DNA of 61,902 bases from assembly GCA_036732045.1 (NCBI GenBank), contig DAINDD010000001.1, forward strand, positions 60,828 through 122,729, in the 5' to 3' direction. Below the pieces are notes generated by a model. That model saw only the letters and a program-made list of their open reading frames with translations. It was not told the DNA's origin and ran no database searches. This stretch comes from Chloroflexota bacterium (GTDB taxonomy: Bacteria; Chloroflexota; Dehalococcoidia; SM23-28-2; RBG-16-64-32). This document shows, in pieces, positions 1 through 8,226 of the stretch. Made by a program: the position numbers and the translations under genes. Within the stretch, counting starts at the first letter, position 1. The number at the start of each line of letters is the position of its first letter.

Positions 1-2
1 TG

Positions 3-749
3 TCGCTCGACGCCTACACGGTCGAGCTGGCGGTGCGTGAGCGGCTGAACCTCGCCGCAGTCAAGGTGCGCGACCTCACCACACCGCTGCTCGACCTCGA
101 GGCGGCGATGACCGAGGAGAGCACCCGCGGGGCGTTCATCCGCGCCGCAAAAGCTGCGGGGGTCAAGCGCTACGTTTATCTGAGCGGCGCCGGCGCCGCG
201 CCCGAAGGACCGCACTGGTTCCGCGCCAAGTGGCGCGCCGAGACCGCCGTCCGCGAGAGCGGCCTAACGTACACAATCCTGCGTCCGTCCTGGGTGTACG
301 GGCCCGAAGATCGCTCGCTCAACCGCTTCCTCGGCATATCGCGTTTTCTGCCGTTCGTGCCGCTGATCGGCAACGCCGGCAAGCAGCGAATGCAGCCCGT
401 CTTCATCGACGACGTCGGCCGCGCCGTGGCCGAATCGCTCGACAATCCGGCGGCTGCCGACCAGATCTTTGAGCTCGGCGGCCCGGACGTGATGTCAATG
501 ACGGAGGTAGTGCGGACGGCCTTGCAAGTCGCCGGTCGTAAACGTCTGCTGCTATCATCGCCAAAGCCTATCATGAAGCTCGTCGCCTCCGTGCTCCAGT
601 TCGCCCCCGGGAGACCGCTCACTACCGACGCAGTCGACTTCATCACCGGCGACGCGGTCGGCGACCCGGCCGCGATTCAGCGGGCGCTTAGCCTCCGCCT
701 TACGCCGCTGCGCGAGGGACTCGCCACGTACCTGGGGAAGCCCAAGTAG
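3..749 (+). CDS. NAD(P)-dependent epimerase/dehydratase, NDUFA9-like SDR family (5' truncated by window edge)
   Basis: Frame open from position 3; AAKAAGVKRYVYLSGAGA, ILRPSWVYGPED, QPVFIDDVGRAV, FELGGPD typical of atypical SDRs. Confidence 0.8.
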   Translation, partial: SLDAYTVELAVRERLNLAAVKVRDLTTPLLDLEAAMTEESTRGAFIRAAKAAGVKRYVYLSGAGAAPEGPHWFRAKWRAETAVRESGLTYTILRPSWVYGPEDRSLNRFLGISRFLPFVPLIGNAGKQRMQPVFIDDVGRAVAESLDNPAAADQIFELGGPDVMSMTEVVRTALQVAGRKRLLLSSPKPIMKLVASVLQFAPGRPLTTDAVDFITGDAVGDPAAIQRALSLRLTPLREGLATYLGKPK

Positions 750-1216
750 TGCATCTGCTGGAGCGGACGACGCTGATCAAGGCGCCGCGAGCCGACGTCT
801 TCCGCTTCTTCGAAGAGCCGCACAACCTCTCGCGTATCACGCCCGGCTGGATGAACCTCACGATCAGCGCGATCGATCCACTGCCGATCAAGGCGAACTT
901 CTGCACCGAGTACCGGATGCGCTGGCTCGGCTTCGGCAGCCTCAAGTGGGTGACGCTGATCAGCGACTACCAACCGCCGCGTTACTTCGCCGACGAGCAG
1001 GAGAGCGGGCCATACAAGTACTGGCGCCACGTCCACACGTTCGATGAGGTAGAAGGCGGCACGCTTATGCGAGACCGCGTGCAGTACGAGCTTCCGTTCG
1101 GTATTCTTGGTGCGATCACGCACAGGCTGATCGTCGCCCGCCAGATCCGCGGCATCTTCGACTACCGCAACCGCCAACTCCGAAAGATCTTCGCGACGGC
1201 CAAACCAGGCGCGTAG
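749..1216 (+). CDS. SRPBCC (START-like) family protein
   Basis: VFRFFEEPHNLSRITP, FADEQESGPYKYWRHVHTF, RDRVQYELPFG, IFDYR; GTG overlaps upstream TAG. Confidence 0.85.
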   Translation: MHLLERTTLIKAPRADVFRFFEEPHNLSRITPGWMNLTISAIDPLPIKANFCTEYRMRWLGFGSLKWVTLISDYQPPRYFADEQESGPYKYWRHVHTFDEVEGGTLMRDRVQYELPFGILGAITHRLIVARQIRGIFDYRNRQLRKIFATAKPGA

Positions 1217-1287
1217 GGCGCGGCTTGCTGTGCCCTACGGGGCGAGCTGGGCCGGGGAACGCGCGACAACACGATCGGAGGACGCCC

Positions 1288-2937
1288 ATGACCGCCATCG
1301 ACAGCGAATCGCTCATCGCCGCCCGAGCGCTGGCGGACATCGCCGCGCAGGTCTCGCAGAGCGCCGTCGAGTCCGCGGCCAAGCTCACTGATGGCGGCAA
1401 AGCGATTGACGAGCACCAGGTCCACGCCGAGCGCATCGCTCAGCTCGCCACCGAGGCCCGTGCCGCGGCCGAGCTGGTCGCTTACGCCGAGGGCCAGGCC
1501 GCAGCCGGGAAGAGCGACCCGATGGCCGAGGATCAGGCGTTCGTGTTCGCGGCCGAGGCGCTGCACAAAGCACACAGCATCATCGAAGTCGATCCCGAGA
1601 CGTTCGCGATCGACGCCTCGCTGCATGACCTCCTCGCCGGCGACACGCTCAAGCTGATCCGCGCCGGCATGGCGGAGTTGCGCCTGCGGGACATCGGCTG
1701 CCGGGTGATCGACGCGCGCGGCGGTTTCACCGCTGAGCTGGACGACGAGATCGCTAACATGACCCGCGGCCACGCCCGTGACTTCGCCCGGACGGAAGTC
1801 GCACCGATCGCCCAGGAGATGCACCGCCAGGACCTGCTCGTCCCCGAAAGCCTGATCCAGAAGATGGCAGGTATCGGCCTCTTCGGCTCGTCGATCCCGG
1901 AATCGTACGGCGGCACCGAGATGGGTCTGCTGACGATGGCCGTGCTGACCGAAGAGCTTTCGACCGTCTCGCTCGTCGCCGGCAGTCTGATCACCCGCTC
2001 AGAGATTCTGACGCGCGCGCTCCTCCAGGGCGGCACGGAGGATCAGCGCAAGACCTGGCTGCCTCGCATCGCCAGCGGCGAGTTGCTCGTCGGCATCGCG
2101 GTGACCGAGCCAGACGTTGGCTCTGATGTTGCGTCGCTGACCTGCAAGGCCGTCCCCGGTGAGCATGATGGGAAGAAGGGTTGGATCATCGAAGGTCCGA
2201 AGGCGTGGTCGACATTCGCGGGCCGCGCCAACATTCTCGCGCTGCTGGCCCGCACCGGCGATGCCTCTTCCGGGGCGCGCGGCCTCTCGCTCTTCATCGT
2301 GCCCAAAGAGCCGTACGACGGACACCACTTCGAGCACCACCAGCCGGAGGGCGGGACGATCACCGGTACGGCCAACCCGACGCCCGGCTATCGCGGCATG
2401 CACTCCTACACCCTGGCGATCGACCACTACTTCGTGCCGGAGGAGAACCTGGTCGGCGGCGCGGACGGCCTGGGCAAGGGGTTTTATCTGCAGATGGGCG
2501 GCTTCGCGGCCGGGCGCCTGCAGACCGGCGGCCGCGCCACCGGCGTTAGCCAGGCGTCCGTCGAGAAAGCCTGCAACTACGCTAGCGAACGCAAGCAGTT
2601 CGGGCGGCCGCTCGCCGACTATCAGCTAACGCAGTACAAGATCGGCCGGATGGCGACGCACACCGCCGCCGGACGCCATCTGACCTACGCCGCCGCCCGC
2701 TCGATGGAGAGGGATGACCGCGCTTCAATCGAGGCGGCGATGTGCAAACTCTTCGCCTCTGACGTAGCGGTCTGGGTGAGCCAGGAAGGGATGCTGATCC
2801 ACGGCGGCTGGGGCTACTCCGAAGAGGACCCGATCTCCCGCTTCACCGTCGATGCACTGGTGCTCCCCATATTTGAAGGCGTCAAACCGATCCTCGAGCT
2901 GAAGGTGATCGCGCGGCAGCTGCTGGCTGGGGGTTAA
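1288..2937 (+). CDS. Acyl-CoA dehydrogenase with long N-terminal extension, methylsuccinyl-CoA dehydrogenase-like
   Basis: GGAGG RBS before ATG 1288; TEPDVGSDVA, GYRGM, GRLQTGGRATG, IHGGWGYSEE, PIFEG (catalytic Glu). Confidence 0.85.
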   Translation: MTAIDSESLIAARALADIAAQVSQSAVESAAKLTDGGKAIDEHQVHAERIAQLATEARAAAELVAYAEGQAAAGKSDPMAEDQAFVFAAEALHKAHSIIEVDPETFAIDASLHDLLAGDTLKLIRAGMAELRLRDIGCRVIDARGGFTAELDDEIANMTRGHARDFARTEVAPIAQEMHRQDLLVPESLIQKMAGIGLFGSSIPESYGGTEMGLLTMAVLTEELSTVSLVAGSLITRSEILTRALLQGGTEDQRKTWLPRIASGELLVGIAVTEPDVGSDVASLTCKAVPGEHDGKKGWIIEGPKAWSTFAGRANILALLARTGDASSGARGLSLFIVPKEPYDGHHFEHHQPEGGTITGTANPTPGYRGMHSYTLAIDHYFVPEENLVGGADGLGKGFYLQMGGFAAGRLQTGGRATGVSQASVEKACNYASERKQFGRPLADYQLTQYKIGRMATHTAAGRHLTYAAARSMERDDRASIEAAMCKLFASDVAVWVSQEGMLIHGGWGYSEEDPISRFTVDALVLPIFEGVKPILELKVIARQLLAGG

Positions 2938-2942
2938 CACCC

Positions 2943-3356
2943 ATGCGCGACCGCGATCGCATTATCCTCATCCTCGGTGACCTCGCCGCGTTCGTTGCCT
3001 TCGGAGCGATCGGGATGGCCAGCCACGAGGACGGCGTCACCCTGAAGACGGTCGCCCGGGCCGTGCTGCTATTTCCCGCTGCGTGGTTCCTGATCGCGCC
3101 GTGGTTCGGGGCGTTCTCGCAGCGCGCCGTTGCCGGTCAGGGCTCGGGCCCTAACCCACGTGGGCTGATGCGTGTCGCTCTGGTGTGGTTGTCGGCCGGC
3201 GTTATCGCGCTAATCGCTCGCGCCGCCATCTTCGACCGCGCTCTGTTCAACGCCTTCTTCGTCGTGGCGCTGGTAGGCTACGGGCTGTTCCTCATCGCCT
3301 GGCGAGCGATCTACGGGCGTTGGCTCGCGCCGTCTCCTCGTGGCGCTACTGGTTGA
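2943..3356 (+). CDS. DUF3054-like integral membrane protein
   Basis: GDLAAFVAFGAIGMASH start, four hydrophobic segments, terminal WR motif. Confidence 0.7.
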   Translation: MRDRDRIILILGDLAAFVAFGAIGMASHEDGVTLKTVARAVLLFPAAWFLIAPWFGAFSQRAVAGQGSGPNPRGLMRVALVWLSAGVIALIARAAIFDRALFNAFFVVALVGYGLFLIAWRAIYGRWLAPSPRGATG

Positions 3357-3538
3357 AGTAGATCTCGAAGCCCGTGATCTGGCCGGTTCCGTGGGCGCTG
3401 GAGTTGTCCGATACGGCCAGGGTCCAGTCGCCCGCGAACGGTTCATTCTGGAAAGAACCCGCACCATCCGTGCTTGTCGACCGATACGCCTTGTGCGTGA
3501 GCTCAAAGCGCGCTATCAATAGCGGACGGAGGTCCTTT

Positions 3539-3664
3539 ATGCCAGACGAGACCAGCGACGGTGGCTTCGAGCCGATGCGAATCATCGTCAACCTCGGTGG
3601 CGTCGTACTGGTGGGCGGGCTCGTCGTGCTCATCGTGGCGACGATAATCGCCGGTCTCGACTAG
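3539..3664 (+). CDS. Small 41-aa single-pass membrane protein
   Basis: GGAGG at 3528-3532 then ATG; MPDETSDGGFEPMRIIVNLGGVVLVGGLVVLIVATIIAGLD. Confidence 0.55.
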   Translation: MPDETSDGGFEPMRIIVNLGGVVLVGGLVVLIVATIIAGLD

Positions 3665-3672
3665 CGCCGGAG

Positions 3673-4080
3673 CTAGCCGCCCATCGGGTCGAAGATCGCG
3701 ATCTTGCGCGGCCGGATCGTCAGCGAGATCGTCTCCGGTTGCCCCGACCGTTTGGCGTAACGCTTCCCCAACTCTTCGCCGAGGTATCGCACCGATAGGC
3801 TGAGGTTGTCCGCGTCCGAGAACGGCGGCCCGATCTCGGCCGTCCCCTGGATCATCACGGCGTAGTACGGCATCGCCGGCCGGTCGATCACGAGGCTAAT
3901 GTTCGGGTTGCGTTCGATGTTGCGATGCTTCTGCGAGCCGCGATCGGTGTTAATCCGGAAGATCCCATCGTCGTAGAGGTACCAGGCCGGCGCGCCGTGC
4001 GGCCGGCCGCGAGCATCCACGGTGCCGAGAACGGCTACGTTTGCTTGTCGGAGGAAGGTTTCGCGCTTGTCATCGGTCAT
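3673..4080 (-). CDS. PPOX-class (pyridoxamine 5'-phosphate oxidase-like, probably F420-dependent) oxidoreductase
   Basis: AVLGTVDARGRPHGAPAWY, SQKHRNIERNPNISLVID; ATG overlaps purE stop. Confidence 0.8.
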   Translation of the reverse strand: MTDDKRETFLRQANVAVLGTVDARGRPHGAPAWYLYDDGIFRINTDRGSQKHRNIERNPNISLVIDRPAMPYYAVMIQGTAEIGPPFSDADNLSLSVRYLGEELGKRYAKRSGQPETISLTIRPRKIAIFDPMGG

Positions 4081-4538
4081 GCGGAGGCCTGCTCCTTTCG
4101 AAACTTCTCGAGCGCTTTGCGCACGTCGTCGTGCTTGAGCGCGAGGATCGCCGCTGCGTAGAGCGCCGCGTTCTTGGCGCCGTTGACGGCCATGCAGCCT
4201 ACCGGGACGCCCGGCGGCATCTGCGCGATCGAGAGCAGGGCATCGAGGCCGCTTACGCTCGACCCGCCCGCCTGCGCGATCGGAACGCCTATCACCGGCA
4301 GGCGCGTCCAGGCGGCGATGACGCCTGGCAGGTGCGCAGCCATCCCCGCCGCTGCGATCACCACCTCGAACCCGGCCTCCTCGGCGCCAGCCGCGAATTG
4401 TTGGAGCTTCGCCGGCGTCCGGTGCGCCGAGATCGCCTGCGCCGTGTGCTCGATGCCGAGCTCGTCGAGCATCTGCATACACGGTTCCAACGCGGGCAGG
4501 TCCGACTTCGAGCCGGTAACGATGGCTACGCGCGGCAT
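4077..4538 (-). CDS. purE: N5-carboxyaminoimidazole ribonucleotide mutase
   Basis: GSKSD, SAHRTP, AAAGMAAHLPGVIAA, GLDALLSIAQMPPGVPV. Confidence 0.97.
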   Translation of the reverse strand: MPRVAIVTGSKSDLPALEPCMQMLDELGIEHTAQAISAHRTPAKLQQFAAGAEEAGFEVVIAAAGMAAHLPGVIAAWTRLPVIGVPIAQAGGSSVSGLDALLSIAQMPPGVPVGCMAVNGAKNAALYAAAILALKHDDVRKALEKFRKEQASA

Positions 4539-4552
4539 GCGGCGATTGTACC

Positions 4553-5833
4553 TCAGTCCACTCGCGCGTCTTGTGCCGGCGCCGCGATGTCGCGGCGGTA
4601 GAAGGCTTGCGTGAAGTGGATGCGTTGCACATTGCGATAGACTTTCGCGCGCGCCTCCGTCAGCGTCGGCCCGCTGGCTACGACCGTAAGCACCCGCCCC
4701 CCGCTCGTCACGACTGTGCGGTCGTCGCGTAGCGCCGTCCCGCCGTGGAAAACCAGCACGTCGTCGTCCAGCGAGCTCAAGCCGGCAATCTGGTAGCCGG
4801 TCGCGTAGTCGTCCGGGTAGCCGCCGGAGGCGATTACCACGCCAACGGTCGCCTCGCTTGACCATTCGACTTCGGCGTCGGCCAGACGATTGTTCGCCAC
4901 CGCCCAGCAGATCTCCAGCAGGTCGGACTTCAGACGCGGGATCAGCACCTGCGTCTCCGGGTCGCCGAAGCGGCAATTGAACTCCAGCACCTTCGCTCCG
5001 TCCGCCGTCACCATGATCCCGGGGTAGAGCACGCCGCGGTACGGTGCGCCCTCCTCCATCATCGCCGCGATGGCCGCCTCTGTGACGCGCTCGTTGATGA
5101 ACGGCTCCAGCGATTCGTCCATCCACATCGGCGGGCTATAGGCGCCCATGCCGCCGGTATTCGGCCCCTCGTTGCCGTTGTAGGCGCGCTTGTAGTCGCA
5201 GGAGAACGGCATCGGGGCCACCGTGACGCCGTCCGTGAACGCGTGCGCCGACACCTCGCGCCCCACCAGCCGCTCTTCGATGATCACCGTGTTGCCCGCG
5301 GCGCCGAAGACCGCCTCATCTCCCATCATCTGCTCGATCGCGGCCAGCGCTTCCTCCGGCGTGTCGCAGACGAAGACGCCCTTGCCTGCCGCCAAGCCGT
5401 CCGCCTTCACCACCGCGCCGCGCGTCAGCGTCTCGGCGTAATTTCTGGCGTCAACACGGGTGTCGAACGTACGCGAGGCGGCAGTCGGGATGCCATGACG
5501 TTGCATGAGGTCTTTCGAGAACGCTTTCGACGATTCGATGCGTGCGGCGGCCTGCGATGGCCCGAAGGCGGCGATCCCTTCGACGGCCAGCCGGTCGGCC
5601 AGCCCGCGGGAGAGCGGGTCTTCCGGCCCGATGATGACGAAATCGACTCGCAGCTTCTTCGCTGCCGCAACGACGCCGTCGATGTCCGCTGCTTTGACGT
5701 CCAGGTTGGTAGCGATCGCGGCGGTTCCGCCGTTGCCGGGAGTGACGAAAAGATCGGTGAGACGCTTAGATTGGCGTAATTTCCAGGAGAGGGCATGTTC
5801 GCGGGCGCCGGAGCCGATGACAAGGATGTTCAT
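4553..5833 (-). CDS. purD: Phosphoribosylamine-glycine ligase
   Basis: ILVIGSGAREHAL, KADGLAAGKGV, GPNTGGMGAYSP, EFNCRFGDPETQ, TSGGRVL. Confidence 0.98.
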   Translation of the reverse strand: MNILVIGSGAREHALSWKLRQSKRLTDLFVTPGNGGTAAIATNLDVKAADIDGVVAAAKKLRVDFVIIGPEDPLSRGLADRLAVEGIAAFGPSQAAARIESSKAFSKDLMQRHGIPTAASRTFDTRVDARNYAETLTRGAVVKADGLAAGKGVFVCDTPEEALAAIEQMMGDEAVFGAAGNTVIIEERLVGREVSAHAFTDGVTVAPMPFSCDYKRAYNGNEGPNTGGMGAYSPPMWMDESLEPFINERVTEAAIAAMMEEGAPYRGVLYPGIMVTADGAKVLEFNCRFGDPETQVLIPRLKSDLLEICWAVANNRLADAEVEWSSEATVGVVIASGGYPDDYATGYQIAGLSSLDDDVLVFHGGTALRDDRTVVTSGGRVLTVVASGPTLTEARAKVYRNVQRIHFTQAFYRRDIAAPAQDARVD

Positions 5834-6005
5834 GCGGGCAAGCACACTATATCGCAGCATGCCTCGTCGTTCACACGGGGCGGTTTAGGTGCGTTAAACC
5901 ATCGCTTAAAGATATCGACCCGTAAATTATGACGGATGGTGTATAGGTCTGGCGCGTCCCCTGCCGTTGAATAGGTGCTAGAGCCGCACCCCTCCCTGCG
6001 GTCAC

Positions 6006-6045
6006 AAGTTCGGCGGATGTGCCCCCGTCCGCCGAACTTCCTTTT
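6006..6045 (+). terminator. Perfect 12-bp hairpin with short T tract, possible bidirectional terminator
   Basis: AAGTTCGGCGGA (6006-6017) / TCCGCCGAACTT (6028-6039), followed by CCTTTTT. Confidence 0.5.
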
Positions 6046-6109
6046 TGGGGGGTACCGAGTGGTGGATGAGGAGGCCGGCCTGGGGGTGGGGTGCGGCCCT
6101 CTGGATGAC

Positions 6110-6397
6110 CTAGCGCTGGCGGATGATTGTCCGGCGCATGACCACCGTCTCGCTGTAAGCCCAGATCGCCGCTTCGGGCGAATCCGCGCGTTCGACAACG
6201 GCGCGGCTCTTCTTGCCGGAGAAGGGCATCGAGACGGCCTTTTTCGCCGCCGACCGCAGGAGCCACTCGCCGATGACGCCGGCCGCCACGAGTGCTGCTC
6301 CGCGGATGACGACGGGCGCGGCTTGCTGCCAGAGCGGCGCTGGCGGCGGCGTGGGCTCGCGCTTGACGGGCAGGCGGTAGTTTATGCTGTTGCTCAT
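6110..6397 (-). CDS. Hypothetical 95-aa protein with one hydrophobic segment
   Basis: GGAGG RBS and TATAAT upstream; segment VVIRGAALVAAGVIGEWLL. Confidence 0.6.
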   Translation of the reverse strand: MSNSINYRLPVKREPTPPPAPLWQQAAPVVIRGAALVAAGVIGEWLLRSAAKKAVSMPFSGKKSRAVVERADSPEAAIWAYSETVVMRRTIIRQR

Positions 6398-6428
6398 GCG
6401 GCCTCCTGGCGATTCGTATCGACCGGCA

Positions 6429-7262
6429 TTATATCGCAGGCGCGTTTCCGCTCACCAACGCCTCAATCTGCTTCGTCAGGTCGTAGCCCGCGATCGGCTG
6501 GCCGCCGGCGTCCACCACGCGCTCGCCCTCGATGCGGACGCGGCCGTCGACGAAGGCGCGCAGCGTCTCGACCACGAGTGGTACCTCACGCGCGACGCCT
6601 GCCTGGCGGATCGCCTTGAACAGCGGCAGCTCCTCGCCGAGATCGGCGCGCGCTTCGTCCAGCGAACGGCATTCGACGTCGTGCCAAAGCGAGCCGAACT
6701 CGGGGCCACGGATGGGGTACGTGCAGTATGTGACGACAGGGCCGCCGTCCAGCTGCGGCGTCGCTAGGTGGACCATCACGCCGGCGCGCTCCGCATTCTG
6801 CTCGATCAACTGCCAGATCACGTCCTGCCACATACCGGCCGTGCCGCCGGGCGCTGCTGGGTGCAGGTTCAGCAGGTCCCAGCGCGCGGCCGCTTCCTCG
6901 CCGAAGATAAGCATGAAGCCAGCCAGCACGCCGAGGTCGAATTCGTACGGCTCGAGCAGCCGCATCACCTCGCGGTCGTAGCCACGCCGCCACGCGGGGA
7001 GGGCCTCGCCCTTGCGTGCCACCTCGCCGCCGAGCTGCTTGCGGAAGTCGCGCGAACTGAGCGTGATCAGCGGTATCCCGGATGCGAGGACCTGCTCCTG
7101 GAAGGCGTCCGTGTTCTCATCCTCGCCCGGCGCGCGGTTGCAGAAGACGACGGCTATCTGCGCGTCCAGCCGGCCGGCATCGATGGCCTCACGCGCGGCG
7201 GCGAGCAGCTTGCCGGACATCTGGCCGCGTCCCGTGGCAAACCAGGCCAGGCGCAGAGTCAT
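6429..7262 (-). CDS. purN: Phosphoribosylglycinamide formyltransferase, long form
   Basis: IAVVFCNR, DLGVLAGFMLI, LNLHPAAPGG, GVMVHLATPQLDGGPV; purine gene context. Confidence 0.85.
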   Translation of the reverse strand: MTLRLAWFATGRGQMSGKLLAAAREAIDAGRLDAQIAVVFCNRAPGEDENTDAFQEQVLASGIPLITLSSRDFRKQLGGEVARKGEALPAWRRGYDREVMRLLEPYEFDLGVLAGFMLIFGEEAAARWDLLNLHPAAPGGTAGMWQDVIWQLIEQNAERAGVMVHLATPQLDGGPVVTYCTYPIRGPEFGSLWHDVECRSLDEARADLGEELPLFKAIRQAGVAREVPLVVETLRAFVDGRVRIEGERVVDAGGQPIAGYDLTKQIEALVSGNAPAI

Positions 7263-7951
7263 GCTGGCGGTCTCCAGCCGAGCGTGCGGCGCAGCATAGC
7301 GTAGCGGCTGACTAGGTGGATCAGCGGCGACGAAAGCCGTCCCCGCAGCTTGCCCGCCCGCAGCGACTCCAGGAACTGCGCAGGCGTCTCAAAGTCCGGC
7401 ATCTCGACATAACAGCGCCCAACCTCTCGGGGCGAGTGGGCGTCGCTGGCGGCGGACATCGGCAGGCCGTGCGCCTTCGCGTAATCCTGCGCCTGGTCGT
7501 TGTTCTCGCTGCGGATCATGCGTGCGTTCAGCCCCTCGATGAAGTCGAGCTTGCCCTCGACGAGGCCTAGCCCCGCTTTGCGCAACCCTGAGCGGTAGGG
7601 GTCGAACGGGTGTGGCGCGCCGGCGATCCCGCCCTGTACGTGGATGCGCTCGATCGTCTCAGCCGCGCCCAGGTCGCGCGGGATGTCCTGCGAAAGGAAC
7701 AGCCCGAGCACCTCGCCATCCGCCGTCCGCACCTCTTCGCTGACGATCACGCGTAGCTCCGGATAGCGCTTCGCCGCCAGCTCCTGCGCCACGAGCCCGC
7801 CGCGCACGGTGTTGTGGTCGGTCACGGCGATCACGTCTAGGTCTCGCTCTCGCGCGCGCCGCAGCATCGTTTCCGGTGACAGGATACTGTCCGGCGAGTA
7901 ATACGTGTGGTTGTGGCAATCGACGCGGATGAGGCCGGGGCCGTCGGTCAA
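7259..7951 (-). CDS. PHP-domain phosphoesterase
   Basis: DCHNHTYYSPDS, AVTDHN, AGAPHPFD, SAASDAH metal-binding motifs. Confidence 0.88.
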   Translation of the reverse strand: MTDGPGLIRVDCHNHTYYSPDSILSPETMLRRARERDLDVIAVTDHNTVRGGLVAQELAAKRYPELRVIVSEEVRTADGEVLGLFLSQDIPRDLGAAETIERIHVQGGIAGAPHPFDPYRSGLRKAGLGLVEGKLDFIEGLNARMIRSENNDQAQDYAKAHGLPMSAASDAHSPREVGRCYVEMPDFETPAQFLESLRAGKLRGRLSSPLIHLVSRYAMLRRTLGWRPPA

Positions 7952-8226
7952 TCCACCGGCTCCTCGTCGAACTCTGGCGCTGCGTCGTAGTCCACCGGCT
8001 CCTCGCGCAGCAGCGTCTCGTTGAACTGTGACTGCAGCCGGGTCACGCGCAGCTCGGCGTCCTGCAGGAGCGCCTGGCAGCGCTTGGCCAGCGCCGTCCC
8101 GGCCTCGTACTGGGAAAGCGACTCTTCCAGCGAGAGGTTCCCCTGCTCGAGCTTCGCCACCGTCTCCTCGAGCTGTTTGTACAGCGTCTCGAACCCCTCG
8201 GTCTCGGGCGCCTTCTTAGAAGCCAT
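7948..8226 (-). CDS. xseB: Exodeoxyribonuclease VII small subunit
   Basis: FETLYKQLEETVAKLEQGNLSLEESLSQYEAG; adjacent to xseA. Confidence 0.95.
   Translation of the reverse strand: MASKKAPETEGFETLYKQLEETVAKLEQGNLSLEESLSQYEAGTALAKRCQALLQDAELRVTRLQSQFNETLLREEPVDYDAAPEFDEEPVD

Noticed and set aside
3-130. Atypical N-terminus of the first SDR gene (possible chimera)
   Set aside because: Window edge removes the context, so a junction cannot be told apart from divergent sequence
5830-5920. Cys-rich leader peptide overlapping the purD start
   Set aside because: No credible start codon or RBS, and TATAGT lies within it just before purD
5885-5945. Purine or ZTP riboswitch upstream of purD
   Set aside because: Only partial ATAAT/GATAT similarity; lacks TTTCTACC, the pairing arms and the CGCCTGGG element
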